This document shows, piece by piece, positions 8,213 through 18,173 of a stretch of DNA of 29,915 nucleotides; position 1 is the first letter of the stretch, and every line of letters begins with the position of its first letter. A model generated the notes under the pieces. The model was not told the origin of the DNA, made no database searches, and worked only from the letters and a program-made list of their open reading frames with translations. Made by a program: the position numbers and the translations under genes. This DNA comes from Candidatus Thorarchaeota archaeon (GTDB lineage: Archaea; Asgardarchaeota; Thorarchaeia; Thorarchaeales; Thorarchaeaceae). The stretch spans positions 1 to 29,915 of the forward strand of contig JAEOUG010000082.1 of assembly GCA_016839445.1 (NCBI GenBank), given 5' to 3'.

Positions 8213-8653
8213 ATGAGTAAGACTAGAGGGATGATTAGGATATACAGATGCTCAAGGTGTCATAACGTAGGCTATTCTCGAGTGAGAGACCAGTCTGACG
8301 ACTCCATGTGCAGTCTGTGTTCCGCGACGATTACGCATTCGCCAAGTGCGATTTACGTCGACACGCCTGAAGAGGCGCAGCAACGGATGAAGAGCATGAT
8401 ACTACGGGCTGGACTCGAAAAGCCAGGAGTGAAGCGTGGTCTTGGTGTGAAGAAACGAGTGTTCAACATAGTCCTCTCACTTGTCGAAACCAACCGTGGT
8501 CGTCCTGTTTCACGGGAGCAGATTATGCAGGAGTGCAATGACGCAAAGATTGCCGATGACAAGGCCCAGAGTTTCCTTGAACAGCTGGAGGATGAGGGTC
8601 TCGTTATCAGTGACGGGAGTCTGATCACGGTTTCAGGAGGTGGTGTCACTTGA
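8213..8653 (+). CDS. Zn-ribbon + C-terminal winged-helix protein (DUF1922/DUF5817-like from memory)
   Basis: CSRC...CSLC followed by DTPEEAQQRM; C-terminal VSREQIMQEC...KAQSFLEQLEDEGLVI winged helix. Confidence 0.7.
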   Translation: MSKTRGMIRIYRCSRCHNVGYSRVRDQSDDSMCSLCSATITHSPSAIYVDTPEEAQQRMKSMILRAGLEKPGVKRGLGVKKRVFNIVLSLVETNRGRPVSREQIMQECNDAKIADDKAQSFLEQLEDEGLVISDGSLITVSGGGVT

Positions 8654-9240
8654 CCGCAGAAGCCGTTCAGTCAACACCACGAGCCTCAGTGATCAGTCTG
8701 GCCAATCTCCTCCAGAGGGACACTCCAAACAGGATAGCCATTGTTTCGACAGCCCTACCAGAGATAGACCCAGAGCTGTATGTCGTGACGAAGACAGAGT
8801 GGAAGAACCCAAGAGAGCCACTCCTTCATCAGCTTCCTCGGCTTCTCTCGAATCTGGAGGCTCTACGGGGCACACGGGGAGTACCATCCGAGGTGTATCT
8901 GGACAGCAACGATGGCATTGCTCTCTACTTGCCTACAGGAATACACGTGTCAGACATACCTATGGATCCAAAGAACGCCGTGCTGTTCCTGAAAGAAGTA
9001 ATCAGAGATACAATCGACTTCTACATCACAACAGTGAAGGATGTAGAGGCTCACTTCTGGAAGTTCGCCAAGAGGGAGGGATTCAGCAAGACGATTGTAG
9101 AGAAGATTGGCAGGAAAGAGGAGGGATTCCGATCTAGGTCCACCCTCTCTCGGTTCCATTCTCTCATGAGGCAGTACTTCTCCATTAAGTTCAGGATTCA
9201 TACCTCAGAGTCCTGCTTGAGGGTGGAGGGGCCGGTATGA
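8650..9240 (+). CDS. Hypothetical protein
   Basis: 196-aa ORF, TTG start in a TTGA overlap with SD GGAGGTGGTG; ATGA overlap with the helicase gene. Confidence 0.75.
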   Translation: MTAEAVQSTPRASVISLANLLQRDTPNRIAIVSTALPEIDPELYVVTKTEWKNPREPLLHQLPRLLSNLEALRGTRGVPSEVYLDSNDGIALYLPTGIHVSDIPMDPKNAVLFLKEVIRDTIDFYITTVKDVEAHFWKFAKREGFSKTIVEKIGRKEEGFRSRSTLSRFHSLMRQYFSIKFRIHTSESCLRVEGPV

Positions 9241-11207
9241 GCGCCGCCGCCCTTGATCCAATGGTGTGGTTTCCATACGAACCTAGGCCACATCAGGACA
9301 GGGCGGTGAAGTTTGCATCTCGGGTCTACTCTGAGAAGACTGTTGGTCTTCTGTCCGCTGACTGCGGCGTTGGAAAGACCATAGCAGTGCTCTCGGGGTA
9401 TTTGGCAGTACGAGCTAGAGACCCTTTCTCAAGGCTCCTGGTGCTCACACGCACACACTCGCAGTCTAAGGTCTTCGAAGAGGAGCTGACGGAGCTTCGA
9501 CTACATGATCCTGGAGAGGAGTGGCGCACAAACCTCACCGCCACTAGTATGGTGTCTCGAGTCCATGTGTGCCCCATGAAAGGACGCATGGAGCAGCTCA
9601 CAACGATGGGGTTCACGAAGCAGTGTGCGAAACTTGTCAAGACTGGCCAGTGCTCGTTCTACTGGAACTGTTACTCAAAGGGGAAGGGCGAAGTCCGTGT
9701 TCTTCCGAGGCCGTTCTTCAGAGAACAGGTGGAGTCTCTTCTGGCCACGCAGATTGTGACACGGGAGGCTGCTGAGAGGCTCTCGGAGTCTACGGGTTTC
9801 TGCCCCTACGAGGTCCTTCGATGGTGTGCAAAGAGCAGCCGCGTCCTAATCGGCCCCTATGACTACGTGTTCCGAGAACGAGTCAGGGACGCTCTTCTCT
9901 CCTCGGTTGGGTGCAATCTAGGCGAAGTCGACATACTAGTGGACGAGGCTCACAACCTCCCCGATCATGTTCTGAACTCGGAGGCCGCTGAGCTGAGCGG
10001 CAGAGACCTACTCTGGCTGAGGAAAAACAAGAAGCTCATCGTTCGTGACACTGGCGTCAAGTGGCTTGAGGACACTGTAGACTTCCTGTGGGAAACCGTG
10101 ATGCTCAGTCTCGACGGACTAAGGGATGAGAAGCGGCTTAACACGTGGGATGTATTCCCGCGTTTCGCAGACCCTTCACAGCTGAGCCAGCTTATGGAGT
10201 TCGACAGCGCAGTTGAGGGGATGGAGGACGCAATCCCAGTTGATACTCCTTTGGACCGTCTAGTGGCCTTCCTGTACTCGGGCCACAGGTCTGCCCAAAG
10301 CGAGGATTGGCTGGTCACGATTGAGCTCCTCGGAGCAGGCGAGGAAAGGTCTGAGGTCGAGGTCTCAAACACCCTACTGCGGATACGCCCGTTGAATGCA
10401 GCTGGTCTGATAGCTCCTGTCCTCAGGAGTGCGAGGTCTGCTATGGTCATGTCAGGGACACTGCGACCGACGGAGCACTACGGCAGGATGCTCGGCATAT
10501 CAAGCGCAGAGAAGGAGGACCTGCTAAGCCCCTACCCAAAGGGGACTCGGCTCATTCTCGTTGACAAGGAGGTTTCGACGAAGTACACTCTCCGAGGGCC
10601 ACTTATGTGGAGAAGGATTGCAACCCGCATCGAGACTGCTCTGCGTAGCCTGCCGCCCAACAAAAGCGCGCTAGTGTCGTTTCCGAGCTACGCGATAATG
10701 CAGGAAATCCTCAGCTACGGAATCGATTGCGGATTCAGGGAGATGCTTGTCGAGGACAGAACAATCAGAATCGAGGACGTTGAGGAGTCCGTTCTTCTCA
10801 CTCCTCATGCAATCTTCTGTGTTTACGGTGGGAAGATCAGTGAGGGAATAGACCTTGTCGAGAATGGCTCCAGCATGATCGACCTGATAATTGGCACGGG
10901 AATCCCGTTCTCGCCACCGAGCAGTCATCAGAAAGCCCTTCAGGATTTCTATGACAGAAGGTACGGCGACAAGTCTGGATACTACTACTCAGCAGTATTG
11001 CCGTCGATTCGCCAGGTCGTACAACTCGCAGGGAGGCTAAGGAGGTCACCAGAGGACAGAGGCGTTGTCGTGCTGCTTGACAAGCGATTCCTGAGATACA
11101 TGAATGCGTTTGGAGACGATGCCGCCTCAGACCTGTGGCCATTTGCCGGCGACCAAGAGCTGGCTGATGCCATTGAGCTCTTTGTCAGGGAGGTTGCAGC
11201 TCAATGA
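9237..11207 (+). CDS. xpd: XPD/Rad3/DinG-family Fe-S cluster SF2 DNA helicase
   Basis: Q motif FPYEPRPHQ, Walker A ADCGVGKT, four Fe-S cysteines (VCPM, QCAK, QCSFY, FCPYE), DEAHNL, SGTL, FPSY, GKISEGID, QLAGRLRRSPEDRGVVVLLDKRF. Confidence 0.92.
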   Translation: MSAAALDPMVWFPYEPRPHQDRAVKFASRVYSEKTVGLLSADCGVGKTIAVLSGYLAVRARDPFSRLLVLTRTHSQSKVFEEELTELRLHDPGEEWRTNLTATSMVSRVHVCPMKGRMEQLTTMGFTKQCAKLVKTGQCSFYWNCYSKGKGEVRVLPRPFFREQVESLLATQIVTREAAERLSESTGFCPYEVLRWCAKSSRVLIGPYDYVFRERVRDALLSSVGCNLGEVDILVDEAHNLPDHVLNSEAAELSGRDLLWLRKNKKLIVRDTGVKWLEDTVDFLWETVMLSLDGLRDEKRLNTWDVFPRFADPSQLSQLMEFDSAVEGMEDAIPVDTPLDRLVAFLYSGHRSAQSEDWLVTIELLGAGEERSEVEVSNTLLRIRPLNAAGLIAPVLRSARSAMVMSGTLRPTEHYGRMLGISSAEKEDLLSPYPKGTRLILVDKEVSTKYTLRGPLMWRRIATRIETALRSLPPNKSALVSFPSYAIMQEILSYGIDCGFREMLVEDRTIRIEDVEESVLLTPHAIFCVYGGKISEGIDLVENGSSMIDLIIGTGIPFSPPSSHQKALQDFYDRRYGDKSGYYYSAVLPSIRQVVQLAGRLRRSPEDRGVVVLLDKRFLRYMNAFGDDAASDLWPFAGDQELADAIELFVREVAAQ

Positions 11208-11797
11208 AACGCACGACACACTGGCTCCTTCTTTGGGTCTTGCTCGTGTCAGTCGCCGCAAGCTCCCTTGTGGTCGTTGTAACGGCTGAAACGCTGGCTT
11301 TGCGAATCATAGCATTGGCGACCATAGCTGTGGTCGGGATGTGCAGTTACGTTCTCTTGTTCAGAAAGTCTACTCCCCAGATCTTCTGGGACGAGGAGAT
11401 GGGAATCTTGTTATTGTTTGGAGTCTGGAACGTTGAAGCGAGAGCAGCTCGTCTTCTTAGGAGTGTTCCTATTGGCATAGACGTTTCCTACTCGGCGAAG
11501 AAAGTAATGCAGGCGATGAGTGAGAGGCTGCCCAAGAGTGGAAACTGCAGGTTGGACTTCGTGGTCCACCGGCCTGTGGGGAACAGCTCGACCCGCGCAG
11601 GGTTCATAGTAGCTCGATCCAAGTTCATCGGATTGCTCAGCAAGAAGCGAGTCAACGACCTCTGTGATTCTGTGTTTCAGGACGCCACAGTATTGGAGAG
11701 CGCGATGCGGTCATCGTATCCGCACACTCCGGTAGAGAGAGGTGAGCTAGAGGACGTGCGAATGATCATGACTGGGGGCACTAGCGTTGTTGTCTGA
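11204..11797 (+). CDS. Membrane protein (two N-terminal TM helices + soluble alpha/beta domain)
   Basis: Hydrophobic residues ~7-27 and ~30-54; ATGA overlap; SD GGAGGT. Confidence 0.78.
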   Translation: MKRTTHWLLLWVLLVSVAASSLVVVVTAETLALRIIALATIAVVGMCSYVLLFRKSTPQIFWDEEMGILLLFGVWNVEARAARLLRSVPIGIDVSYSAKKVMQAMSERLPKSGNCRLDFVVHRPVGNSSTRAGFIVARSKFIGLLSKKRVNDLCDSVFQDATVLESAMRSSYPHTPVERGELEDVRMIMTGGTSVVV

Positions 11798-12065
11798 AGG
11801 GCAAGAGGTGATATCGCTGCCGATTCCTCCAAGAGTCAAGATCGGTGCCGTCACAGCATTCCTCGGCAACGGCCATGGATATCGTTGGACTACAATCTCC
11901 TTCACTCCAGTTAGGATGGAGCTGGGCAGATCCTCAAAGAGCGAATTGCCGGACCTCGTGATAGTTGGGAGGACGCTCTACTCGAATGGAAACTCGCAGT
12001 CTATTCATGAGCGTCTGGGAATGGTGCTAGATCATCTTGACAGGCAAGCTGGAGGTGGAATCTGA
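11787..12065 (+). CDS. Small hypothetical protein
   Basis: 92-aa ORF that exactly fills the gap between coupled genes; its 3' end carries the SD GGAGGTGG for the next gene. Confidence 0.65.
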   Translation: MLSEGQEVISLPIPPRVKIGAVTAFLGNGHGYRWTTISFTPVRMELGRSSKSELPDLVIVGRTLYSNGNSQSIHERLGMVLDHLDRQAGGGI

Positions 12066-14387
12066 TTGTCAGGGTCAAAAGCAAACATTCTGGGTTCTAA
12101 ACCTGCAGAAGATCCCATGGACCTCATAGAGTCGAGAAGCAGAGGCACGGTGAGGAACACAGAGATTCGGTGGGATGACCGCTCCATCGGATACCCGGTG
12201 GACAAGATGGCGGGGCTTGGACTGCTAAGCTTTGCACTGGGCGTCTTGCAGCCGGCTCTTGCCCTTGCAGCGGCTTGTACCCTCCTAGCTGTGCTCTTCG
12301 TGCTTCCTAGGTTGCGGGTTCACTTGGGGGGGCTCGGCGCCTCGTCGGAACGTTGGGCTGAGGTCAGTCAGGCAGACATTGCACTAGAGTCCGAGGACAA
12401 GGTGGTTAGGAGCAGAGGAACGGGCAGAGACCGGTTCATCACAGCTCTGGAGGCTCAGCATATTGGGGCGATTCTGCCAGGTAACTTAGGCAAGGTGATT
12501 CGAGGTGTTGACACAGACTTCGGGATTCAGCTCTCCGTGAGTCTCTCGCCTCAGGATTCCAATGGTGTTGTGGAGGATGGAGTCCTAGATGCTTCTCTTG
12601 TTTCGTACCTTGAACAGAACTCCTCCGAGCAAAGACGCGCATACTTCTATGTCCGCGGAGGTGTTTGGAGGACGGGCCTCAGACTGATTGGGTCTTCATT
12701 CGATCCTACGCACCTTAGGCTCTTCGAGAGCCAGATCCTTGGCAGTCTTCCTGTGAGTGGGCTCAAGGGGGTGAGTCCTCAGAGACTCTCTGAGCAACTC
12801 TCCAATTGGGACGCAACCTCCAGCGAGCAGTCTTTCATGGCCGCCGGAGTTGAGCTCAGTGAATGGCTGGTTCAGATTCCAAGCGAACTTGCCCCTGAAG
12901 TCGGCAGCAATGTCCCTGGCGAGTTCATCTCCCCCATCAGAGCGAACTTGATGGATTACCGTATCGGCCTGGCAATCAATCCAGAAACACTCAAGGATGG
13001 TCCCCCCGTCGGCTTCTCTCACTCCAATCTAGAGGCGGGACTCCTCGTCTGCGGTGGAGACTGGAGCGACAGACTCGCTGCTATATCGGTACTCGTTCGT
13101 GAGTTGCTGAATCTCGGGAGAAGGGTCTTGATAGTATCTCAGGAAAGAGAGTCTATTCGGCTTGCAAGCATTACAGATGGTGGTATCGGGATGACCCTCG
13201 GGCAGGACCTGATAGTCAATCCTGTTGACTCCGAAGGGATCCGAAGGTCGAAGTACGTTTCTGAGCTTCTTCTTGCCTTCGAAGGCCTCGCGGGCGTGAA
13301 TCTCAGCGCGGCAACTGACTTTGAGGTTGCACTCAACCGTGTAGTGGCCTTAGGTAATGGCACAGTAGCAGATGTCACTCTGAATGAACTCGCTGAAGAC
13401 ATGGAAACAGGAAGGGTTCCGGGGAGCACCAGCTCACGCGAGTCGAGACTGGCCTTGGACTCGATTCGCAGGCTCCACGAAGGGTCTGGAGCACAAGCAT
13501 TCTACGGAACACAGACCGCATCTATGAAGCGCATCGCAGAACAGGATCTTGCAGTCATTGTGATTCCCTTCGAGTCTCCTGACCTCACCATGTTCGCATA
13601 CGATATACTCTGTCTGAAGCTCTCTGGCCTCGAACCTGATCCTGACCTAGTGGTGATCTTGGACTCACCAACCAATCTCCTGGTTAGCGGAAGCACATTC
13701 AGGTACACGAAAAAGAGCATCATGGCAATCTCCCAGGTTAGAGATCTTCTAAGGAGGGGTCCACTAGTTGCCAGTATCAAGAGCCCCGCAGGCTTACCCA
13801 ATGAGTGCGCAGACTCGTTCGGCTCATGTCTGGCTCTGCGCCTGCGCGAAACCCCTGATATCGCGGCTGTTTCCGACCTGCTCTCATTGAGTGTTGTGGG
13901 CGTCGGCATACACAGCAAGAAGAGAGTATCTTCCAGAGAGAGCTCATTCTTGAGGGTGATGGAGCCTAATCAGGCGCTTCTCTCACATCCAGAGATGAAG
14001 ACCTGTGTCCCAGTCAGGTTAGATTCTCCTCCCCCGCTTGAGCACCTTAGCTCCTCAGTAGTCCATGGGATTAACCGTGAGGAGAGATCATCTAGTGACC
14101 GAAAGAAGACCCTGCTTGAAACCATTGGGGGCAAGGACAGCCAGTCTCTCGTCCAGGTACTAGGCCTACTGACAAAGTACGAGCCACTTACTGAGCAGTC
14201 AGTTGCGCAGTTCCTGAAGGCAAGTGGATCTCCCGATGTTGACGTTGAGGCAACTCTCGCTCGACTGGAGAAGGCCAGCATGATTCTGAGGGGTCAGGAA
14301 ACCCACGGGGGAGTGTCTTACACAAACTACCGCATTACTATGAAGGGCACAATGGCACTAAGGCAGGCCGAGGGGGTGTCTGCGTAA
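12066..14387 (+). CDS. Membrane-anchored HerA/VirB4/TraD-like P-loop protein with degenerate Walker motifs and C-terminal winged helix
   Basis: N-terminal TM hairpin, then YRIG...VGF...LLVCGGDWSDRL (Walker A position), RVLIVSQ, IVNPV, VVILDSPTNL (DEAH position), LVASIKSPAGLP...GSCLALRL...D, LRVMEPNQALL; wHTH ending YRITMKG. Confidence 0.65.
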   Translation: MSGSKANILGSKPAEDPMDLIESRSRGTVRNTEIRWDDRSIGYPVDKMAGLGLLSFALGVLQPALALAAACTLLAVLFVLPRLRVHLGGLGASSERWAEVSQADIALESEDKVVRSRGTGRDRFITALEAQHIGAILPGNLGKVIRGVDTDFGIQLSVSLSPQDSNGVVEDGVLDASLVSYLEQNSSEQRRAYFYVRGGVWRTGLRLIGSSFDPTHLRLFESQILGSLPVSGLKGVSPQRLSEQLSNWDATSSEQSFMAAGVELSEWLVQIPSELAPEVGSNVPGEFISPIRANLMDYRIGLAINPETLKDGPPVGFSHSNLEAGLLVCGGDWSDRLAAISVLVRELLNLGRRVLIVSQERESIRLASITDGGIGMTLGQDLIVNPVDSEGIRRSKYVSELLLAFEGLAGVNLSAATDFEVALNRVVALGNGTVADVTLNELAEDMETGRVPGSTSSRESRLALDSIRRLHEGSGAQAFYGTQTASMKRIAEQDLAVIVIPFESPDLTMFAYDILCLKLSGLEPDPDLVVILDSPTNLLVSGSTFRYTKKSIMAISQVRDLLRRGPLVASIKSPAGLPNECADSFGSCLALRLRETPDIAAVSDLLSLSVVGVGIHSKKRVSSRESSFLRVMEPNQALLSHPEMKTCVPVRLDSPPPLEHLSSSVVHGINREERSSSDRKKTLLETIGGKDSQSLVQVLGLLTKYEPLTEQSVAQFLKASGSPDVDVEATLARLEKASMILRGQETHGGVSYTNYRITMKGTMALRQAEGVSA

Positions 14388-16579
14388 TGAGCGCCGTAGT
14401 GAGTGTACCGGACAACGTCACACGAATCTTGGAGGAGGTAGGAGTTACTCCCCGAGGTATTCAGATACAGGCTATCGATGCTGGTCTGTTACATGGTGAG
14501 AGTATTCTGGTCACTTCCCCCACAGGCTCAGGGAAGACGCTCATCGGAGAGATGGGTCTTCTTAGGGCGGTCTTGGCTGGTCGTCGAGGTCTCTACTTGG
14601 TTCCTCTGAGAGCACTAGCGCACCAAGTTGCGAGGTCTCTGAAGGATCGATATGACGGAAGAGCGGTCAGAATCGGAGTGACTACCGGAGACCTCCACCT
14701 CTCTGGTGAAGAGATGGCTGGTTTCGACGTAGTGGTGACTACCTATGAACGAGCAGACTCCTTACTGAGACATCAGGCTAGTTGGCTCTCTGAGATTGGC
14801 ACGGTGGTCATTGATGAGATTCAGACAATGTCGGAGGGGCGGAGAGGTGCAAGACTTGAGAGCGTCATCCTCCGTATCAAGCGAATGATAGGAGATGTGC
14901 AGCTGATTTCGCTCTCAGCAACGGTGGACCAGCCGCAGGAACTTGCATCGTGGCTGGACGCGAAGCTGGTAGCTTCCACGGAACGCCCTGTACCTCTTGT
15001 CTATAAGATGTTCACCACCTCAAATCGGCATCTTACGGTTCGAACTGCCACGATGGCCGTTGTGCAGTCAGAGGGTCAAGTAATCGTGTTTCACAGGACT
15101 CGGAGAGAAGCGGAGGCAGAAGCCGAGAGGCTCTCTGTCCATGTGGGGCGCCAACTAGGAACCTCTGAGAGAGACCTGCTTGACAGAGAGTTGGACTCCT
15201 TCTCTCAAAGAGAGACTACCTTGAGCGGGCAGCTTCGCAAGCTTCTGCACCACGGTGTCGCCTTCCACCATGCTGGAATCCCGTCTGGCCCGAGATGCTT
15301 GGTTGAGGACCTCTTCAGGAGGGGACTGATCCGAGTAGTCTGCGCCACCACAACGCTTGCCTCCGGAATGCATCTTCCTGCCAGGACGGTAGTACTCGCT
15401 AGCACACGTTCTCCTGAGAACCACAGGGCCCTTCTCTCAGCAAACTCTGTTCATCAGATGCTTGGCAGAGCTGGTCGGCCCGGTTACGACAGCGCCGGGT
15501 TCGGTGTTGTTCTGGTGGGCAGCAGGGGAGAATCTGATGTGGCGAAGAAGCTGTACTTTCATGTATCTGGAGAAGATGGACGGGAAAAGCTCTCTCCTCG
15601 GTACGATTCTGTGTCCAGCGCCTTGGGCTCTTCCGACCACCTTACTGAGCAGGCTCTTGTTCTGCTCGATCTCTTAGGAGAGGCGACACCTGAAGAGATC
15701 GAGGATGCACTCTTAGATTCTTACTACGTGCACTCAGGCGCGAGACGGTCAAGAAGCCCAATGCGACTGCTCATTGTGGAGTCAGTTAGCGCTGAAACCG
15801 CTATCGAACGCCATGGTCTGAGTGACACAATCAGGGCAGGGAGGGAGGGAGTGCTCGGGAAGGCTGGCATTAGAGAGTCATCTCAAGAGGTGATTGGTGG
15901 AATAGTTTCTGGCTTTCAGGGGGGTCATTTCACCTGCAGATTCTCTGCTCGCCTCAATACCAACGGCACAATAGAGGGGGCTAGTTGCTCCTGTGGCAGT
16001 CCGATAGAGGAGGGCATTCTATGTGTGCATCTAGTAGCACTTGGCTTGCAGGCCGTGCGCGACCCTCAAGCAAGTTCACTGGCTGACTATGTCATTCCAC
16101 TTGCTCTGGATGAACATGCCCCACTGGGAACTCTGACTCGACTTGGCCTAGTAGAGGCAGGGCGAGAGAAACCGTACCAAATCTCAAGGCTTGGCCGATT
16201 GGTGACCCGGCTGTACCTGAGCATCTCAACGGCGAGAGAGCTTCTCGCATGTATACCGTTCACAGATGATCCAGTTGGCTTGATGTCCCTGCTCCGTCAC
16301 TTGCTAGCCATTGAGTCTGATCTCAGACTTGATGAGTCGTTTGACCAATTCATAGGGGCCGTAGCCACGACCACAACGCCAGTCCGGGAGGTCGCCGAGT
16401 CATGTGGAATTCCTCTCGGAGATGCATTTGGCCTTCTGGACCGGTCTCGGTGGATGCTTCATGCTATCAGCGTTTTGTCGGAGCATGGTGGCCTTGAGAG
16501 ATTGAAGGACATCAGCGGAAGCCTACTGAATGCGGTTAATTCCAGACTTGAAAGGAGGTCTGTAGATGGAGATAGTTGA
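14387..16579 (+). CDS. hel308: Hel308/Ski2-like SF2 helicase with inserted SWIM zinc finger
   Basis: SPTGSGKT, VPLRALA, TTYER, DEIQ, SAT, RPVPL, FHHAG, ATTTLASGMHLPA, QMLGRAGRPGYD; SCSCGSPIEEGILCVH (CxCx9CxH). Confidence 0.88.
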   Translation: MSAVVSVPDNVTRILEEVGVTPRGIQIQAIDAGLLHGESILVTSPTGSGKTLIGEMGLLRAVLAGRRGLYLVPLRALAHQVARSLKDRYDGRAVRIGVTTGDLHLSGEEMAGFDVVVTTYERADSLLRHQASWLSEIGTVVIDEIQTMSEGRRGARLESVILRIKRMIGDVQLISLSATVDQPQELASWLDAKLVASTERPVPLVYKMFTTSNRHLTVRTATMAVVQSEGQVIVFHRTRREAEAEAERLSVHVGRQLGTSERDLLDRELDSFSQRETTLSGQLRKLLHHGVAFHHAGIPSGPRCLVEDLFRRGLIRVVCATTTLASGMHLPARTVVLASTRSPENHRALLSANSVHQMLGRAGRPGYDSAGFGVVLVGSRGESDVAKKLYFHVSGEDGREKLSPRYDSVSSALGSSDHLTEQALVLLDLLGEATPEEIEDALLDSYYVHSGARRSRSPMRLLIVESVSAETAIERHGLSDTIRAGREGVLGKAGIRESSQEVIGGIVSGFQGGHFTCRFSARLNTNGTIEGASCSCGSPIEEGILCVHLVALGLQAVRDPQASSLADYVIPLALDEHAPLGTLTRLGLVEAGREKPYQISRLGRLVTRLYLSISTARELLACIPFTDDPVGLMSLLRHLLAIESDLRLDESFDQFIGAVATTTTPVREVAESCGIPLGDAFGLLDRSRWMLHAISVLSEHGGLERLKDISGSLLNAVNSRLERRSVDGDS

Positions 16580-18173
16580 ACACGAAGTAACAGAGTCAGC
16601 AGGAACGGAAGAGAACGAGATTGAGAGGCACCTTAAGCGAAATGACTATCGAGTGTGCCAGTACCCCAATGGGTTGACCATGGGTCTCAGACTCCAGAGT
16701 GTCCCCGGCTCTCGCGGCGTAAACGTCGACGTAGTCCACATTCTGGACATGCGCATAGCTAGGTTCGGTAGAACTTCCTTGGCTGCTCAGTCGGCGGTTC
16801 TTGAGACCGTGTGCAAAGACACTCGACTCCTGCTTGCTGACGTGGGACTTGGTTCTCTCTTTGAAAGCCAGGAGATTGTCACCCCGTTCGGCAAGAGTGT
16901 ACTCCGTGTCCTTCGGCTACCAAAGGCCTCTCAGGCATCTCTCATCTACGAAACCCGGAACGTCTATGGTGTGTATTCAGATGCAAGCGTGCCGCCCTCA
17001 ACCCTGGAGTGGTTGACTGAATCCTCCAAGATGATTAGAGTAAGTGAACTTGAGCTCTTACACAGGAGTGATTCAAGATCCTCGCTTCAGGAGGTGAAGA
17101 AGGCTATTGACTCCGGCAAGTGGAAAGAGCTTGAGAAGGGCCACAGGGCAGCATGGTGGAGTCTCCTTCCACTTATCACCACAGTCGCATCTTTCGTGGG
17201 ATTCATGGCGTCAATAGTCACTTCCTCAGGCACTCTGCTAATCCCGTTGATGACGCTCGCTGTGTCAGTGCCCCTTCTGGCCTGGTTAGCAAGGACCGCG
17301 ACAGCGGCGTTGGACGCGTTCAACGAGGCTCTAGTAACCGAGAAGGCCCACCTAGAACGGGCTGGCGATGTCAATAGAATCAGAGAGGCTGTCCACGCCG
17401 GCGAAGAGAAGCTCCGACTCGTGGGGAACTTGAACTTCATTGTCACTCCCCTGATGGGTGGCGCGGGTGTAGCAATCGAGTCTGGTGATGTTGCTTCTGC
17501 CGCATCTTCTCTCTCCGCAATCCTAGATGAGTGCGTTGTACACTCTCCTGGGCTTGAGGGTGAGAAGGGGTTGGTTGGTGATCTGGGGCTTAAGAAGTTC
17601 ATCGAGCTCTTTCTCTACTTGGGCCTGGATCTCTCCGAAGATGAAGAGATGGAACTAAGTCTTGCTTATGCAGCCCTCACAGGTCACAAGTCAGCGCCGC
17701 TGGCTCAACACGAGATTATCCATCACATGGGAGTCTTGAACAATGCATTGTTTGATTGCGGAATCCTCAGTGCCGACGTCAAGTCCTCCATTGACGACAT
17801 GATGAATCTTCGGGCCGCGGGAGGATATGTCATAGAAACAGTGCGTGATGAAGCATCTGAAGAGATTGCTGAGATTCCCGAAGGTGACGAAGAGGGCTCT
17901 TCAGGAATAGATGATGAAAGTCTAGCAGAGATGAGTTCGGCGGCTTTGAAAGCCAGCGGGGATGAAGATGTCGTCGAAGCAGCAGATGAGGATGACTCGG
18001 AGCCGATTCTTGTTGCAGAAACAGTCCAGACAACCCTTGATGCGAGTGACGATCTCCCGAAGGCCAGTCCTATCGAACACGAGACGGCCGAGGGAAGAGT
18101 CGCAAAGGCAGTTGAGGAGCGCTCGGAGAGTTCCTCATCGAAGAAGAAGGAGCGCGAGGCCATTGAAGCTTGA
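16566..18173 (+). CDS. Membrane protein with central TM hairpin and acidic low-complexity C-terminal tail
   Basis: WWSLLPLITTVASFVGFMASIV / LLIPLMTLAVSVPLLAWLA; D/E-rich final ~110 aa; SD AGGAGGT. Confidence 0.8.
   Translation: MEIVEHEVTESAGTEENEIERHLKRNDYRVCQYPNGLTMGLRLQSVPGSRGVNVDVVHILDMRIARFGRTSLAAQSAVLETVCKDTRLLLADVGLGSLFESQEIVTPFGKSVLRVLRLPKASQASLIYETRNVYGVYSDASVPPSTLEWLTESSKMIRVSELELLHRSDSRSSLQEVKKAIDSGKWKELEKGHRAAWWSLLPLITTVASFVGFMASIVTSSGTLLIPLMTLAVSVPLLAWLARTATAALDAFNEALVTEKAHLERAGDVNRIREAVHAGEEKLRLVGNLNFIVTPLMGGAGVAIESGDVASAASSLSAILDECVVHSPGLEGEKGLVGDLGLKKFIELFLYLGLDLSEDEEMELSLAYAALTGHKSAPLAQHEIIHHMGVLNNALFDCGILSADVKSSIDDMMNLRAAGGYVIETVRDEASEEIAEIPEGDEEGSSGIDDESLAEMSSAALKASGDEDVVEAADEDDSEPILVAETVQTTLDASDDLPKASPIEHETAEGRVAKAVEERSESSSSKKKEREAIEA

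Noticed and set aside
11204-16760. Shared LxSVP motif between the membrane proteins at 11204 and 16566
   Set aside because: Too short to support homology by eye.
17962-18162. Arg-rich N-terminal extension of the RadB-like ORF
   Set aside because: Alternative-frame read of the acidic tail of the upstream gene; TTG 18163 fits translational coupling.
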